Below, one piece after another: positions 1 through 14,214 of a DNA stretch of 64,000 nucleotides. Position numbers and translations under genes: made by a program. The notes beneath the pieces were generated by a model. The model was not told the DNA's origin. It was given only the letters and a program-made list of their open reading frames with translations, and did not search any database. The stretch is from Spirogloea muscicola (lineage: Eukaryota): assembly GCA_009602725.1 (NCBI GenBank), contig WELB01000023.1, positions 1,014,311 through 1,078,310 of the forward strand, written 5' to 3'. Numbering within the stretch: position 1 is the first letter of the stretch; each line of letters opens with the position of its first letter.

Positions 1-3000
1 TCTGCCTCCTCGCCGCCGCCCAGCCGCCAGCAGCCTCGCCAGCGGCCGCCGTCGCCAGGGCTCCTCGCCAGCGGCGGCGGCGGCCTCCGGCACGGCTGCC
101 CGCAGACCCCTGGCCGTCGCCGCCCCTCACGGCGCTGGCGCTGGCGGCCAGCGGCGGAAGGCTGCAGCTGGCGAGCTGCTGCGACGTGCCCGCAAGCCCC
201 AGCGCCAAGAATGGCTGCGACGATGCGGCGGACGCCAGACCGGCGGCGGCGGCGGCGGCGACGGCAAGAGTGCCCCCCTCAGTCGGGGGGCCGGCGTTCC
301 TGGGGCAGGTCTTCACGCTGTGCGACTCGAGCCGCAGCGGCCTGGTGGGCGTGCGCGGCGTCGTCGGGCCCGTGCCGCCGCTGCCATTCCTGCCCAAGGC
401 CGTCAACAAGTGCGGCCGCCGTTGGCCTTCTCCTTGCTCCTGACTGCCTCGCCACACTGAGCTTTGCCACGACTGTATCAGCTATACAGTCAGTAATAAT
501 GAGATCATAAGGACATAGTTATCCCATAGTGGCATATAGCAGGCGGACCCATGTACGTGGGCGGCGCCCACCGGCCGTTTGCGATACTGTCCCCTGAGCT
601 GCAGAAGCGATTGCCCCGCAGGCACATAGCGGCGTGGTTTGAGCAGATGCTGCGCCGCGTCGTCGAGGAGGGCCCCACCTTCTGCTTCTTCGTCAACAAG
701 GCCGACGGCGGTGAGGCAGCAGCTCTTCCGTGCCGGGCGGCGCCGCCATTGCCGTGCTTCCTTCTCTGTGTTCCAGCTGATGCGGCCAGTCAGGCGCTGG
801 CCTCGTCCCCTCTCCTTGCACACCGCTCTGCAGTCAGGTACCTGCGGAAGGTGCAGGCGCTGCACGCGCCGGCTCCGGAGCTGGCGAGCAGCAGCGTGCG
901 CGGCTGCCCGCTGGAGGCTGCTTACCAGTCCTTCAAGGTATTACTCAGCATTCCCGTCCAATAGAGGTGTTGGGCTAATTCATGCTTAGCTGATGGCTTC
1001 ACGTGTGCAGCTTTGAGATTTCCTTGTATGCTGCTGCACCTTGACATGGACTGGCTTTGAAATATTTGACTTCGAGCACTGTTTTTGGGGGCTCCGGTCC
1101 AGAGTTGCGGGATAGAAGTACTTAGCACCCACCGCCCTAGATTGACCGCGGTGCCAGTCTTCATCTACCAGCAGATTCGTGACAGGACCAGAATCTGGGC
1201 TGACCCTGTGTGACGTGGCCGCGTACAGCGCAATCCCCGCATCTTCAAGTTCGTGGCTAATGACTCGCAGGTACAAATTTGACCAGCGTATGCGGTGGTC
1301 TGCTGCAGCCTCATCAAAAGCAATTAAATTGCTGGGCTATGTTCTACTTGTCTCGAGACAGTCAGCACGAGGATTATCCAGCATGTAGAAGTATTGAGTA
1401 TTGCAACACTGCTCGAATCATGTGCGGTACTCATGGTTCTCTTGCACATGCTGCATTGCCGCAGGTGAAGGTGGCCAGAGGCCTGCTTCACAAGGAGGGC
1501 GGGCGCGCCGCGGCGCGCGCCTTCATGGGCGTGCCAGTCTTCACGGCGCAGGACCTGACGATTGCTGTGCACACATCGGCCGGCATCAAGTGGTCAGCCT
1601 CCCAGGGCCCCCTTTGTTGCTTGTCCAATTAAGCAGGATTGTGCTGCCTTACAAATGTCACCTGCTTAAGCAGCAGAGTTGCTTGTTGCATGACCTGATT
1701 TTGGAAACCACAGTAGTTGTGTAGGCGACTTTTATCATGTGCCTTCTTCATAGCTGATCAAGTGAGTAGGTCTGCAAGCTACACCTGAGCACCACAAACC
1801 AGCAGGCACCTGTCATTAATCAACTAAAGTAAGAAAGGGCAGCAATGCTCGAGGCTGGGCTGCGACTGCTGCTTTCCCAGCTCACCTCCGGGATAGAGGC
1901 TCAGCGGCCGGTGCCCCATGTCCACATTGTGTCTCCTTCTCATCTGCTCACAGTGCAGGGCTCACCATGCAGAGTCTAAGACATCCATGGCCCGGGGATA
2001 CACTCTGAAGGTGTGGGTTACCTGAGACAGTTCTTGTCGTGCCGATTCTGCGGCCAGGTTCAGGCCCTACTTCTTTGACGCCAGGCAGCTGAACAGCCTG
2101 GTAGGGGACAGCGTGGACCACTACTATGAGGCGGTGCGGCAGGCGCGCGCAGTGCAGCGACGTCGTCAGCTGGCGGACGCCGATGCCACGTCCTCTGCTG
2201 AGGCTGACGATGACGCTGACGGCCTTGTGGACCCACCGGAGGTGTCCAGCTGATCGCACCCTCCAGAGAGTGTAATGTTGAGAACAGATGAGAACAGATT
2301 TTGTCACAGGAGAAGCCGTGGAGGGAATCGAAGAGGGACGAGGCGTCTAAGCTATGCACATCACACACAGCTAGCTTATCAGCGAGCATAGGCTACGGCG
2401 TTGCAGGAATATTCCTGAACAAGGCAAGAATGAAGTAATAGATACTCATCAATGAAGTCTACTAGCGATTCTGTTCAGTGGATGTGGCTTAGGATGGCGG
2501 GAATGACTTGATTGGCCGCTTGTCATTGCAGCTGCATGATCTGATGGAGGAGATGGGGCAGCACAGCGGTGGTGTGCTCCCGCCTGTGGAGTCTGTCCTG
2601 GCCAAGGCAGCGGAGTGCCGGCTCGCCGACTGTGTGGACAACGTGCTGCTGGGTCGGCGCTGGGCGCGGCGCCTCACTGGCCTCCAGCCCTCCTTCTCAG
2701 TCCTTGTAGACTCCTTCGAGCGCAGGTTTGCCCTCTTCTCCGCTTCTGCTACTTGCATGTTGCACCATGCGACTTTTGGTGCTCCAAGGCATCCATGAAG
2801 CCTCTGGCTGCAAGAGTGCAGATTATTGCATGTTTCCAAGGTTGGGTGCCGTCTTTGTGTTATCCTGCATGTATGCCTGCACTGCACAGGAAGCACGGCT
2901 TCTGGTGGCGTGCTTGTACAAGCTTCGCCTGTCTGCCTCGGTGACTCTGCTTGGGTGTGTCATCTGCCAGAGCGCAAGCTGCTGAGGCAGGAAGCTTGTC

Positions 3001-3583
3001 ACTGGACGAAGACCTCAAGAAGCTGGGTGAAGGGGGCACAGGTGCGGCTGCTGCCCTGCCTGGCGAGCATAGTGTAGAACAGCGGCAGCGAGAAGGGCAC
3101 AGCATGCCCGCGGAGGCGAGAGCGCCGGCAGTGTCCAGCAGCAATGGCAGCGGCAGCAGCAGCAGCTCACCGGCGGCCCCCAGAGGCTGGCTGCCCAGCC
3201 TCTGGGCGCGCGCAAGGGCGATGAGGGAAGTTGCAGCTGAACGAGGCGCCGCAAGCAAGTCCCGTGAGAGTGCGGAAAGCAGCGGCCGGGGGCCAAGCAG
3301 CGGCGGAGGCGCGCCGGGCCCCAAGACCTCCCACCAGGGGCCGAGCTTGCTGCCGAGGCTCACGATGCTGGGCATCGTGGTGAAGGGGTCCTCGGACGGG
3401 CTCAGCGACACGTCGCTGCAGCAGGCCATGGCTGCGGCGGCTCGTGACTTTGAGGAGAAGGCTCGGGGCGGCGCTGGCACAGGCGACGGTGGCGACCGCG
3501 AGCACGTCCCGCTGTTCATCGCAGATCTTGCGGAGCCAATGGAGGCCTGGGGAGAGCCCGCAGAGATAGCTTCCAAGGATTGA
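1..3583 (+). CDS. Tic22-like chloroplast family protein, multi-exon; 5' end probably outside the window
   Basis: GT-AG exons at about 1-420, 542-710, 838-937, 1465-1591, 2058-2241, 2525-2725 and 2971-3583. Motifs GPAFLGQVFTLCD, GPTFCFFVNKADG and GVPVFTAQDLTIAV…FRPYFFD resemble the plant Tic22-like family. Stop TGA ends at 3583. Confidence 0.65.
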
Positions 3584-4419
3584 AGGCAAACCTGGGAAAC
3601 GGCTCTTGAAGCTGCGTACGATATACAATCCTGCAGATCAACTGCGGAGCTTGTGCGCCGCTCAATTAGTTGATGTTTGCTTGAAGCAGCGGCGCAAGGA
3701 AGCACGGCAACAACTTCCTGGTCAATAGCAGCAGCTGGGCATCCTTGTGGCTCGCTCTTTCGCGCTGCGCATGCAGCCTCTTGTTGGCTGCAGTGTACAG
3801 ATTAGATTGTCAGACCATTTTTTCACAGTAGACATGTAGGAGTTCGTGTGTCAGTATGAAGACACAACTTGCCGGCCAAGACTCTCACTGCCAAGGCAGA
3901 TTGCAGGAGCAGCCACCTGCAAGCTGGCAAGTCACAGGCAGGACCATTTGCCTGAAGGTCCTTATCGCTGTACACTGTGCTAAGGAACCCGTAATAGCTA
4001 GCACATACCGAAAGAAAGTCTGGCAAAATAACAGGACTGCTACTGAGATGTGATCATAGCATTCCTCTCGGCCTCATAGCACGAGTAGTACTGTCTTGCA
4101 ACAAAGAAGCCCTGCGCTTCTCCCTTTAATAGCAAGCATCAATTTGATCAGCAACTAAAAGTCTGCAAATGAGTCGCAACTTGCCTCGTCAGACATAGAC
4201 TAAGCCCCACCCCAACTATGGCAAGAGCTTCAAAAGTGGTCACAGACTGTATGCTGCAGGAAAAGGGCAGTATGCAGCCGGCAGTCCAGTGCCATATGGC
4301 AAATATTGCTGTGAATCTAGGCCTGCAGACTGCAAGCAAGACGAGGTGGCATGGAGAAGTAGTCCATTTGTCCCTAAGTCGAGCAGCTATTGCTAGGAAA
4401 GAGGGTTGCTACGAGTCAG

Positions 4420-7400
4420 CTAAAGAGAGATGTCGTTGATGAAGGCCTTGAAGAGGTGTAGCGCTCGGGCTGGCTGCGTGTAGGGCACAAAATGGCCGCT
4501 CTCCCGCACGGTTGCAAAGGTGAGGCCCTCATACTCTACTACATATCCCCCAACCTGCAGTACATGCAGATGAGATAAAAGCCGGGAACGAAGCGTGCAA
4601 GCAGACTGCGTTCAAGCAAGACAATCACAGGTCATTGTTCCACCGGCTGCTACAGGCAAATATTCACGCCCCAACTTCTGTATGATGTGCTGCGTGGCTG
4701 ATGCCAAGATGGTCCAGCATGAACAAGGAGAACTGCTGAGTCCGTCAAAGTCACAACAACAGGCGATGAGATGTACCTGGGACCGCTCGTACCAGGGCCT
4801 CCAGCTCCTCTTCTCTTGGAGGTCCAGCATTCTTATCCACGTCCGGGTCCCAGTCACAGGCACAATTGCATCAACATCGCCACTGCAGCCATTGACAGGA
4901 CCCACTTGTCAGAATTCAAGCAGTGACATGCCAATGCAGTGGCCCGCCTTGATAGATGTGGCAGTTGGGACAGACATGTATCACGCCGATGCAATGTTGT
5001 TGCTCGTGAGTAAGCCCAGGCAGTCTAAAAAGGGCCACGGTGCACAGCTGCTCTTCCAGAATTGGATGACCAGCTGGCCTTGGCGCACACCTGTAGACTA
5101 GAATCCTCAGGTTGGACTCCAGGAGGCGGGGATAGAGGGGCAGTACACTTGACAGCAGGTCCCTTCTGGAGTATTCTATTTCATCCCTGCAGTAAGCAGA
5201 CAGCTGATTAGTCGTAGGAAGTAAGGCTGGACCTTGCTCAGACAGCCCAACACCATTTTTTTCTTGCACTGCAACGACTGCAAGTAATTATCGTGCTTCA
5301 GAGGAGGTGGAATGATGCCTCTTAAGCAGGCAAGCTAAGCACATCGATTCTGCTATTATGATTATGAGTGAGTTCATATTCTTACAACTGTCGAAACGGG
5401 GTAAGCACCCCAAGATGAGAGGATTGGCTTACGTGCAGTCAGCCCACTTACGTGGGCTGTCATGGACATGCAGTGCTTCCTGAACATCTCTCCGATTCAA
5501 GTACTCCTCCACCTGAGCATAGACCCCATCCTGAGGCAGTCAGTGCCTGCATGTATCCTCAAAGAAATGAGCAAATTTCGCAAGCAGGTGATCGACAGTC
5601 ACGGGTACTGGACCTTGGTTCCATAAATTACTACTCAATAATTGTAATGCATACTCTGCATATGTCATATGCGTGTTGAGATGTCAGACAATACAATCAC
5701 ATGTGCAGGTAGTGGTCAGTGCACTAGGCTAACCAAAACAATTGTATGATGATACCTCATTGTCCAGACAAGGATCATATGGAACTGACAAAGGGCGCGC
5801 TGCAAGCCTTCCAGCTCCTATTTGGCCAATCTGTCTCAGCACAGACGCGCACAAAGTACTGAACAAGAAGGACAATCTAGAAACATCCAGGTTGTCCTTG
5901 GGCTGTCCATATCACAGACTTTGGCAATAGCCAGGACACTTGAGTCATAAGATGCCAGTGCTGAAGCAGCAGTGTTGTTTAGCATGCAAACAGTGGCACA
6001 GCCCCTCATTGGAAAACAAACAACACTATACATCTGCGAGGTACAAGATTGGTACTTTCACAATCACAACTGCCTGCAAGCACCTGCTGTGTAAATTGTT
6101 CCGCCTCCTGTTTGGCGTGGGACGGTAAGCACATATCAACGTAGATGTCATATATATTGATGAAGCCCTGCCAACCACGGGCTATTTCTCCTCGTCACTT
6201 CACAGGCATCAAAGAGCTGCCGCTACCTCCAGTCTTGTACACGAGACCCTGGCTAAGGTTCCAGCACTTGTGATGGCACTTTGCGCTTACATGAAGAGTC
6301 CTCACGGTCATGCTGAGTATCTTTGCTAACTTGGTCATGTCACGGTCATGCCAGATAAAATAGTCATACCATTTCCTGAAAAGCTGTTCTCACGAACTCG
6401 TCGCACTTGTCATTGTGCTTGCTCAAAGGCCCTATCTCTGAGAAGTTGCACTGCATTGTCATGTCAAGCAACACAGAAGCTGATTCAAACTTGGTAAGTC
6501 CTGACTCCAGCAGACCTTAAGAAATATTGTGAAGCTCTAGGCGACACTTGCGCTGGCCCTGGTTTATCATGCAGGTATATTGCTTCGATTTCTCAGCATT
6601 TTCTTCTCATCAATGCCCAAACATTCAGATGACTGATTTGGAGGACTAGCAGTGACGTATGACGTTCTGCTGGGACTGTCAGGCAAATACACTGCTCCTG
6701 GCAGGAGCTCTATCCTGCAGGGAGGATGTGAACCTTCTGACAACAGCTTCTACGGGCTGAAAGACATGGCAAAGCAATGAGACCATACGTTGTCCTTGAC
6801 ACCATGGAATGTCCGATCAGAGATGATTGCATGCGTCCACCAGTAAAAGAGAGCCCCATGATTGTCAATGAAGGCATCTGTCCACGCATTGCCCACAGCG
6901 AACCCCTGCAGGTTGATTTGCATAGCACCATCTTTCTCATTCTCTGTAAGGATCTTGTCTGCGAGCTGTGGCACATAGTGACCTGAACCAAGAGACAGGG
7001 TTGGCCTGAGTTAGACTTCCTCCAAGTCGAGGTACAGTGCAGGCGAAAATTGTACCACTGAATTTCCTGGTCGCAGGCATCAGAATGTTAGCAAAGAACA
7101 ATTATCACCTCAGAGCTCATGCCATTACAGACCTCCATAGCTTTCACCGGCGATGAAGAAGTCGTTTGCTTTGTATTCTGGATACTTGTCAAAGAACCCA
7201 AGCAAGAATGTGTAGGCATCTGAGGCTGCAGTACGGGCATATGGTGCTTGTATGAGGATCACACGATAGAAGTCAGCAATGGTGCTGTTGATTGACCATC
7301 TGTACTACTGTAATCCTGCATGCATGCGGGACTCAGCTAGACTAACCATGACATTGCCAAGACGTTCGAGATGCCGATGCATTAGATGCAGGCAAGCGGG

Positions 7401-8412
7401 TAACCTTGATCGAGTTGACAGTAAGAAAGCAGGCATGATGAAGGCTGCAAGTAACCTGTCTGTTCGTCGCCGGTGACATAGTCATCTGATGAGTTGGAGT
7501 AGGAGAAGCCCACACCAGCTGGCGACTCCAGGAATAGCATGTTTGACACTGCCACATGACGTGCCAGAAATGTCAATATCAGGCACTCTGGACCCTGAAA
7601 TAAGCGTTTGCTGATGTCAAGCACACCATGGATGTGAGGGCCATCAGGAATGAAGGCCACTCCAAGTGCAGCGTCAAAGCCAGCAAAGTCACTGCAGGCT
7701 GCCTTGCGGCATAATGAGCGAGGTCACATCTGCAAGCTGCAAACGACATGAGACTAGCGCTCACAAAAGAGCCAGACGCACCAGTATTCCAGCTGTACGC
7801 ATTGACCTGCAGCGTCCGTCCGTCGGCGTTGGGGAAGAAGGGCCCGAGCTCGCTGAGCATCCCGCCGCCAACCGAGGAGCAGCCAGGGCCTGCATGAATC
7901 GTCACGGCGGGGGGCCCGCGCTTGTCAGGCCCGCGCCCGGCCTCGCGTTGCTTGGAGCTCGCCAAGGAGGCCATTGCGGGAGCTCCAAATAAGACCTTGC
8001 TAAGGCTCCCGATCTTATCTGCTGCACTAGCTCTGCCGCCTTGTGAAATGACGACAGGAAGAGGAAGCTGGCAGTGAGCTAGCTGAGCGTTGAGCAGAGT
8101 ACGAACGGAAGAGGAGACGGGCGGACGGACAGCCGGCGCCGCACCTCCGTTGAGCCAGAGCGTGAGCGGCGCGGAGGCAGCGTCGGGGCGTGCGGCCTCG
8201 ACGAGCCAGTAGAAGAGCGCGCGGCCGCTGTCCGGGCCGACCGTCACGTAGCCGGCGTACGTGCGGAAGGGCGCCGACGGCATGCCCGGCAGCTCCTCCA
8301 CCAGATCGGAGCTCGAGGGACCGCTGGCGATGCCCGGGGCGGGCGCGGCGGCGCTCCGGAGCTCGGCCGCGGAGCCCGCGGAGCGCGGCGCAAGGCCGGC
8401 GCACGGCGAGGG
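4420..8412 (-). CDS. Serine carboxypeptidase-like protein (peptidase S10, clade II); start lies in the gap
   Basis: Motifs YAGYVTV…[10 protein letters not shown]…[36 protein letters not shown] (catalytic Ser, ~7140), SGDVDAIVP (~4875) and [11 protein letters not shown] (catalytic His, ~4495). Last exon ends FINDISL-TAG at 4420. Confidence 0.95.
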
Positions 8413-8851
8413 NNNNNNNNNNNNNNNNNNNNNNNNNNNNNNNNNNNNNNNNNNNNNNNNNNNNNNNNNNNNNNNNNNNNNNNNNNNNNNNNNNNNNNNN
8501 NNNNNNNNNNNNNNNNNNNNNNNNNNNNNNNNNNNNNNNNNNNNNNNNNNNNNNNNNNNNNNNNNNNNNNNNNNNNNNNNNNNNNNNNNNNNNNNNNNNN
8601 NNNNNNNNNNNNNNNNNNNNNNNNNNNNNNNNNNNNNNNNNNNNNNNNNNNNNNNNNNNNNNNNNNNNNNNNNNNNNNNNNNNNNNNNNNNNNNNNNNNN
8701 NNNNNNNNNNNNNNNNNNNNNNNNNNNNNNNNNNNNNNNNNNNNNNNNNNNNNNNNNNNNNNNNNNNNNNNNNNNNNNNNNNNNNNNNNNNNNNNNNNNN
8801 NNNNNNNNNNNNNNNNNNNNNNNNNNNNNNNNNNNNNNNNNNNNNNNNNNN

Positions 8852-11154
8852 CGCCGCGGCGGCGGTGGCCCGCCGCCCAGCGGGCATGGCGGCGAGCGTC
8901 GCCGGCGAGCAGCCTTGCCAGCTCGGCACGTCTCCGGCTGCCACGGAGTGCTCGTCAGGAGAGGGGGTCTCCGCCGTCACGGCCGCCCCGTGCGCCGCGG
9001 CCGACGCGGTGCCCGGCAGGGCCCGCCGCGGGCACGCAGCCGTGGAGCTCCGGCAGGCCAAGCTCAAGTTCGAGGCCGTGCCCGACCGCGGCTCGCAGCT
9101 GTCCCCGGGTGTGGAGGAGGGCGCGGGGCAGACGCGCGCGTCGAGCTCGCGGCCGCAGCGGCAGGCCTGTGAGTAGCTCGCAGCAAGCAATTTGCGTGCG
9201 AGTTGCTACGTATTTGACCACGCATTTCTAGTGAATGATAGGACTAAGGCAGGGGCACAGCTTGTCTCTGTTTTGATGCTCAATTGCGAGGATCCTCCTG
9301 CCAGGTGGTCCGGCCGAAAGCAAGAAGAAGGCGAGGTTGAGCCCCCCGGCGAGCGCTGAGGGCAGGCGCAGCGAGATGAGGCAACAGCAGCTGCAGCAGA
9401 CCACGCTGACGTTCGCTGCAGCGGAGGCTGCCCCAGTGGACGTCGCCTCTGCGACGCGGGCATCGGTGAGCGGCCGGCGGCGCGAGGCCCTGGTTCCATG
9501 CCTGGCAAGCCATTGCAGGCCTCGTAGCACCGAGGCAAGTGCAGCTCCGTCAGCAGTTGTTTTACTGCTTCTGGACGGCAGGACGTGATGGAGGAGCAGG
9601 ATGGTGTTGACGGCTGCGAGGATTGCGTGGTGCGCGACGCATACATATGCTCCACCGAGATGGAGGCTGCTCTTGACAATGCAACCTTCAGGTCTCAGGG
9701 ACACCTCCTTGCAAGCACTGTCCAAGGCAGCGCCTAAAGTTGCTGGCAGCAGGCAGCTGCGCTACGGTCCCATGGGCTTGGGAGGAGACACGCCCTGCAG
9801 TTCCACTTACATGCTGCAGTCTTCTTCTTGGGCCCACGGGCCAGCCGGCGCGACTTCTACGAGGGGTACAAGCTCTACTGCTACTCCTACTCGCAGAGCG
9901 ACTCTCACTGGTGCCGCTTTCTTGCCTGCACCATGGGTGAGTACTGTTGCTGTCATTGCAGCAACGTTGCCAGCTGGATGGATGGGTGACCAAGCTCAGT
10001 CCTCGCGGAACCCGAGGACCTGCTGCAAATGCAAGCTGCAAAGGACTTGATAGGTCCCAATTTTGGGAGATAGATCACGCTCTTGAGTGGCTCTTGTTGT
10101 GTTTGAGTGTGCAGGGCAGGTGATATGCAGCGCCTTTGACGTGTGCCCAGCTGCCGAGCGCTGGGGCCCGCGTTTCGACAAGGCCGTCCAGAAGGGGCAG
10201 GGGATGATGAAGGACTATCTGCGTGCTCGCCGAGGAGGCGCCTCCCTGATGCTCCTGTGCGTGGGCTGCCCATCATGCTGCTCCGTGTTGCCGTGCATTT
10301 ACCCGTCCTGGTGGTCGCTGTGGAATTGGATCTAACGGCTCACACTGCATCAACCGCAGGGCGCTGATACAGGAGTTTGACGATGAGGCCAGCCTCGCTG
10401 AGACAGAAGATGGTCGCCAGCTGCTGGAGCAGGCCAAGGTGGTGGTGATGCCCCTGCCGTGCACTTTACGCTTTTGTGCCAAGTAGCAGTGTTGGACCGC
10501 ACAGAAGTTGGTTCAGAATCCCCGCCTCGTGCGCAGCGCTGTCGCAGCAGCAATGGTTGACGATCACCCAAGAGGATTTTGAGCTCTTTGCAGGACGAGG
10601 TGGAAGGTGAGCGCGCAGCCAAGGTGCTTGTGCGGCCGCTGCCGCCGCAACTGGAGCCTGCCACAGCCTTGTCTGTGATCGTGGGCCTCCAGCGCAGCCT
10701 GGCAGCGGTCAGCACGCGCATGGAGAAGCTGCAGGTCGAGGCAGCAGCTGCTTCGACCGCTACTTGCGATGGCGTGGGCACAAGCGTGGCTCCTCTGAAG
10801 CTGCTGGGGCAGGCTCGGCAAGTTGCCACTGTAGCCCCAAGAGCTGGGCCAAGGGCAGCCTTCGCCTGCAAGGCCCGCTCGCAGGCTCTACCGCATGCAG
10901 ATGTGTCGGCCTCTCCGAGCTGGTCGCCTCCGAGGGCGCCGTCTGCCATAAAGAGCTGGTCGCCGCCGAGGGCACCGCCAGCCACGGAACTCTGGTCAGT
11001 GAGTGCGCCACTTGCAGAGAAGAGCTGGCCAGCCAATGAGCAATTGGCACTGCCATCAGGAGGCCCGTTGTTCAGGAGCTGGGCGCCATTGCGGCCAGGG
11101 CTGTCAGTGTCAGATATGGAGGCCGCCTTAGCCGAGGAGGTTGCGACCCTGTGA
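8852..11154 (+). CDS. Hypothetical spliced protein of unknown family
   Basis: Codon-biased GT-AG exon chain at about 8852-9168, 9300-9490, 9582-9691, 9821-9936, 10114-10256, 10360-10438 and 10594-11154. No recognisable domain. Divergent from the carboxypeptidase across the gap. Confidence 0.5.
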
Positions 11155-11850
11155 CTACATTGGACTTTTTGTCCAATCATTCCCGCATTGCCTTCTTTTA
11201 TGTTGAGTGCATGGACTCGGTTTGCTGCCAAACGATCAGACTTCAAATTGCTTTCCCTCTGCAAGATGAACTAATGATAATTCCTAATGTAAAAAACAGA
11301 GCTGGGTGGAGAGGGCAGAAGACAGTGCTCTCATCTCAAAATGAAGACACTGTCAGACTTCACTGCTGAAGCCTTAATATTCAGTAAGGTACGCACGGTA
11401 CCTTGAGGCGAGGGGGTGGGTAGGGGCACTGGTACACGAATACTGAAGGGGTGCTGCATGCGTGGCAATGCCGGCATGGATGCAGCACAAAGAATTACTG
11501 CGTACAGAGGAGGGATGGGCTTGAGGGAAGGGGGTAAATTAAGGGGGGTTGAGGGTGGTGGCTTGCACGTGTGGCAGGGGCTAGGCGCACAAAAAGTACG
11601 CAAATAGCATGCCATGTGCTTGGCAAAATCTAGCAGTGTAGATGTTAGAGAAGCAATAAATAACTTTGATGTCCTGTGCCTGACAATCAACATAGGAGGC
11701 AGGACGCCGTGGTAGAGATACAGCAGCTACTCATAAGTCGGGGTTAGCACTCAAGTGTATCGAGGATGTGTAGCTGCACGCCAGCCCCATGGGGGAAAAA
11801 GCGCCAGTGTCATATCAACCACTGGCAACTTGCGGAGGTGCTGATGGTGG

Positions 11851-13708
11851 TCAATGGAGGTGGAAGCTGCCATGGAAGGTTGCCGGGTTGTGCAGGTCAG
11901 CGCTGGCCGCCAGCAGGCTCCCAACACGGCCACTGCCACCGTCACCACCACGCAGCTGTACCTCCGGCAACCGCTGCAACATCATGCTGAGCTGTTGTTG
12001 GTGGTGCTGGTGGTCCGGCATGCCGCCGACGCCCAGGACATCGCCGACCAGGCCCAGGCCTTGGGCGAGGCCGCCGCGAGGGGCCAGGCCCAGGCTGGGC
12101 ATGCCGACCCCGCTGCCGGGCCCACCACCCAGGTGGCCAAGGCCCAGGCTGATGTGGTCGTTGGCGCCGCCGTTGCCTCTGTTGCTGCCGCTTCCGTAGC
12201 CGCCAAGGCTCAGGTGGCCGCCGTGGAGGCCGTGGTGGTGATGGCCGTTGTATGCGCCGTCGTCCAAGCTGATGCCAAGGCCAACCCCCTCACCCCTGAG
12301 CGCGTCGACGACACCACCCCGCGGCCGAAGCTGCAGCTCGTGCAGATTGTTGCCGTAGCTGCCGCCGCTGGCGCCGCCGCTGCCGTTGCTGCCGAAGCTC
12401 CCCGAGCAGGAACTGAACAAGTCTCCGCTGCCCCCACCATCCTGCATGCCGCCTCCACTTGACGCCACCCCCGAGTGCTGCAGGCTGTCCTGCAGTGAGT
12501 CCTGGCGGGCCAGACTGCTGCAGTAGAGGCCTAGGCTGCCATCGCCGCCGTTGCCACTGCCCATCAGCTGCGTGCCCTGGAAGGACAGCCGTGGCGGCGG
12601 CTGGTTTAGGTGCGGCAGCATCCCCACCTCGATGGGCCGCAGCGGGGACACGGCCAGCCCTGTCTCCGCTTTCACCGCCGCCATGCCACCTGGCTGCAGA
12701 CCTGGCGCAGTCACCCTCATGGCCTGCCCCGCTGCTGCAATCGGTGTTGCAGCAGGTGCAGCGTGGCCATTGCTCGGACGCTTGCGCTTCTTCTTCTCGT
12801 ATGTGATCCCGCGCGCCTTGGCCTGGCCCTCCCGGATTTCCCGTAGGTACAGGCGCACCAGACGGGCGCCAAAGGGGTTGAGCTCCGACTTGCCGCCATT
12901 CTCCTCGTACGCGGCTCGCAGGCGCCCCACGAGCGAGTCCAGAGAGCCCCACGCCTGGCGCATTGGGCACGTGCACGGCTTCTCGCCCGTGCACCCGAAG
13001 AACTGCGGAGCGACGACAGAGCAATGCCTGAGGTCAGGCTCCGACACTGCCTACTATATGGCGCTCAGCGTCAACAATGGCTCCGCTGCCCAATGCCAGC
13101 AATAATATAAGGAAAGCCTGGCAGTCACAGCGGGTCTGCGTACAGTGTGGCAATACTTGCATGAGCACCAGCGCGCAGCATGCAGGTTAGTGAGTTGCTG
13201 TGGCCACGAGAGGAGACGGCCGCTCAGCCGCACGCCGACGCAGCAGGTGGGCGCTCACCTGGCAGCCCTCGATGTGGACCTTGGTCTTCCCGAACTGGTC
13301 GAGGTAGCGCAGGAACTCGACGACGTGCTGCGCGGCGCAGCGCGCCATGACGATTGGCGGGCGGTGGTTCTTGAGGTACTGCCCAAACGTGTTCCAGTCG
13401 CGCCGCTTCTGGGACTCGTACCGGCTCGACGACGGCTTGGCCCCCTCCCGCGGCTGCTGCTGCTGCTGCTGGGGCGCGAACGCCGCGGGCGGCGCCATGC
13501 CCGCCGCCGCCAGCGCCGCCGACGATGGCGGCAGCAACGGCGGCGGCGGTGGCTGCAGCAGCGGCGGCGACAGCTGCAGCTGCTGCTGCTGGGCAGGCTG
13601 GTGGTGGTACTGGTAGTGGCCGCCGGAGACGGCGGCGGCGGCGGAGTATGGCGAGTCAGAGAGCTGGGACAGCGGGTGGGCGTGCTGCTCGGCCTGCGGC
13701 TGCGCCAT
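11851..13708 (-). CDS. LSH: ALOG (LSH/G1, DUF640) transcription factor; two exons, 13708-13259 and 13002-11851
   Basis: Canonical ALOG domain with [27 protein letters not shown]…[18 protein letters not shown]…C|FFG…[28 protein letters not shown]…[34 protein letters not shown]. Phase-0 GT-AG intron. Confidence 0.95.
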
Positions 13709-14214
13709 GGCCGGCAGGCGCAGGAGCTTGAGCGCCGCGGCGCGGAAGCCGCCGCCGCCGCCGCCGCCGGCGTCGCATTTTTTTTTTTTTTTNGGCGGCA
13801 GCCGGCGGCGACATACGCGAGGAGGTGCTGCGACTGCGGGCAGCCCGCAAGGACGCGCGCGAGGAGCGGCGAGGCCTCCGCCGGCGACGGCCGCCGTAAA
13901 GCTTCTGCGGCGGCGGCGGCGGCGGCGGCGGCGGGGGGGGCGGGGCTGCAGCCCGGCGCCCGACAGTTGGGCTGCGCGTCTGTGTCGCTTTCTTCCCCCG
14001 GGGGGGGCGTGGCGCTCACCTAATTTGGCCCCCTGGCCCACCACAAGGGTTGGTGGGCCTCCCCCGCGTCGCGACGGAGCCCGGCCGGCGGCTCCTGGGG
14101 GCCCCCCGTGCCTGCTCCAGGTGCCCGCGCTGCTGCCGCCCAGCGCCCACGATGGCGGGCGGGAGATGCCCCCGGGTGCCCGGGGCCCCCTTGCCCGGCG
14201 CCGGGGAAGCAAGT

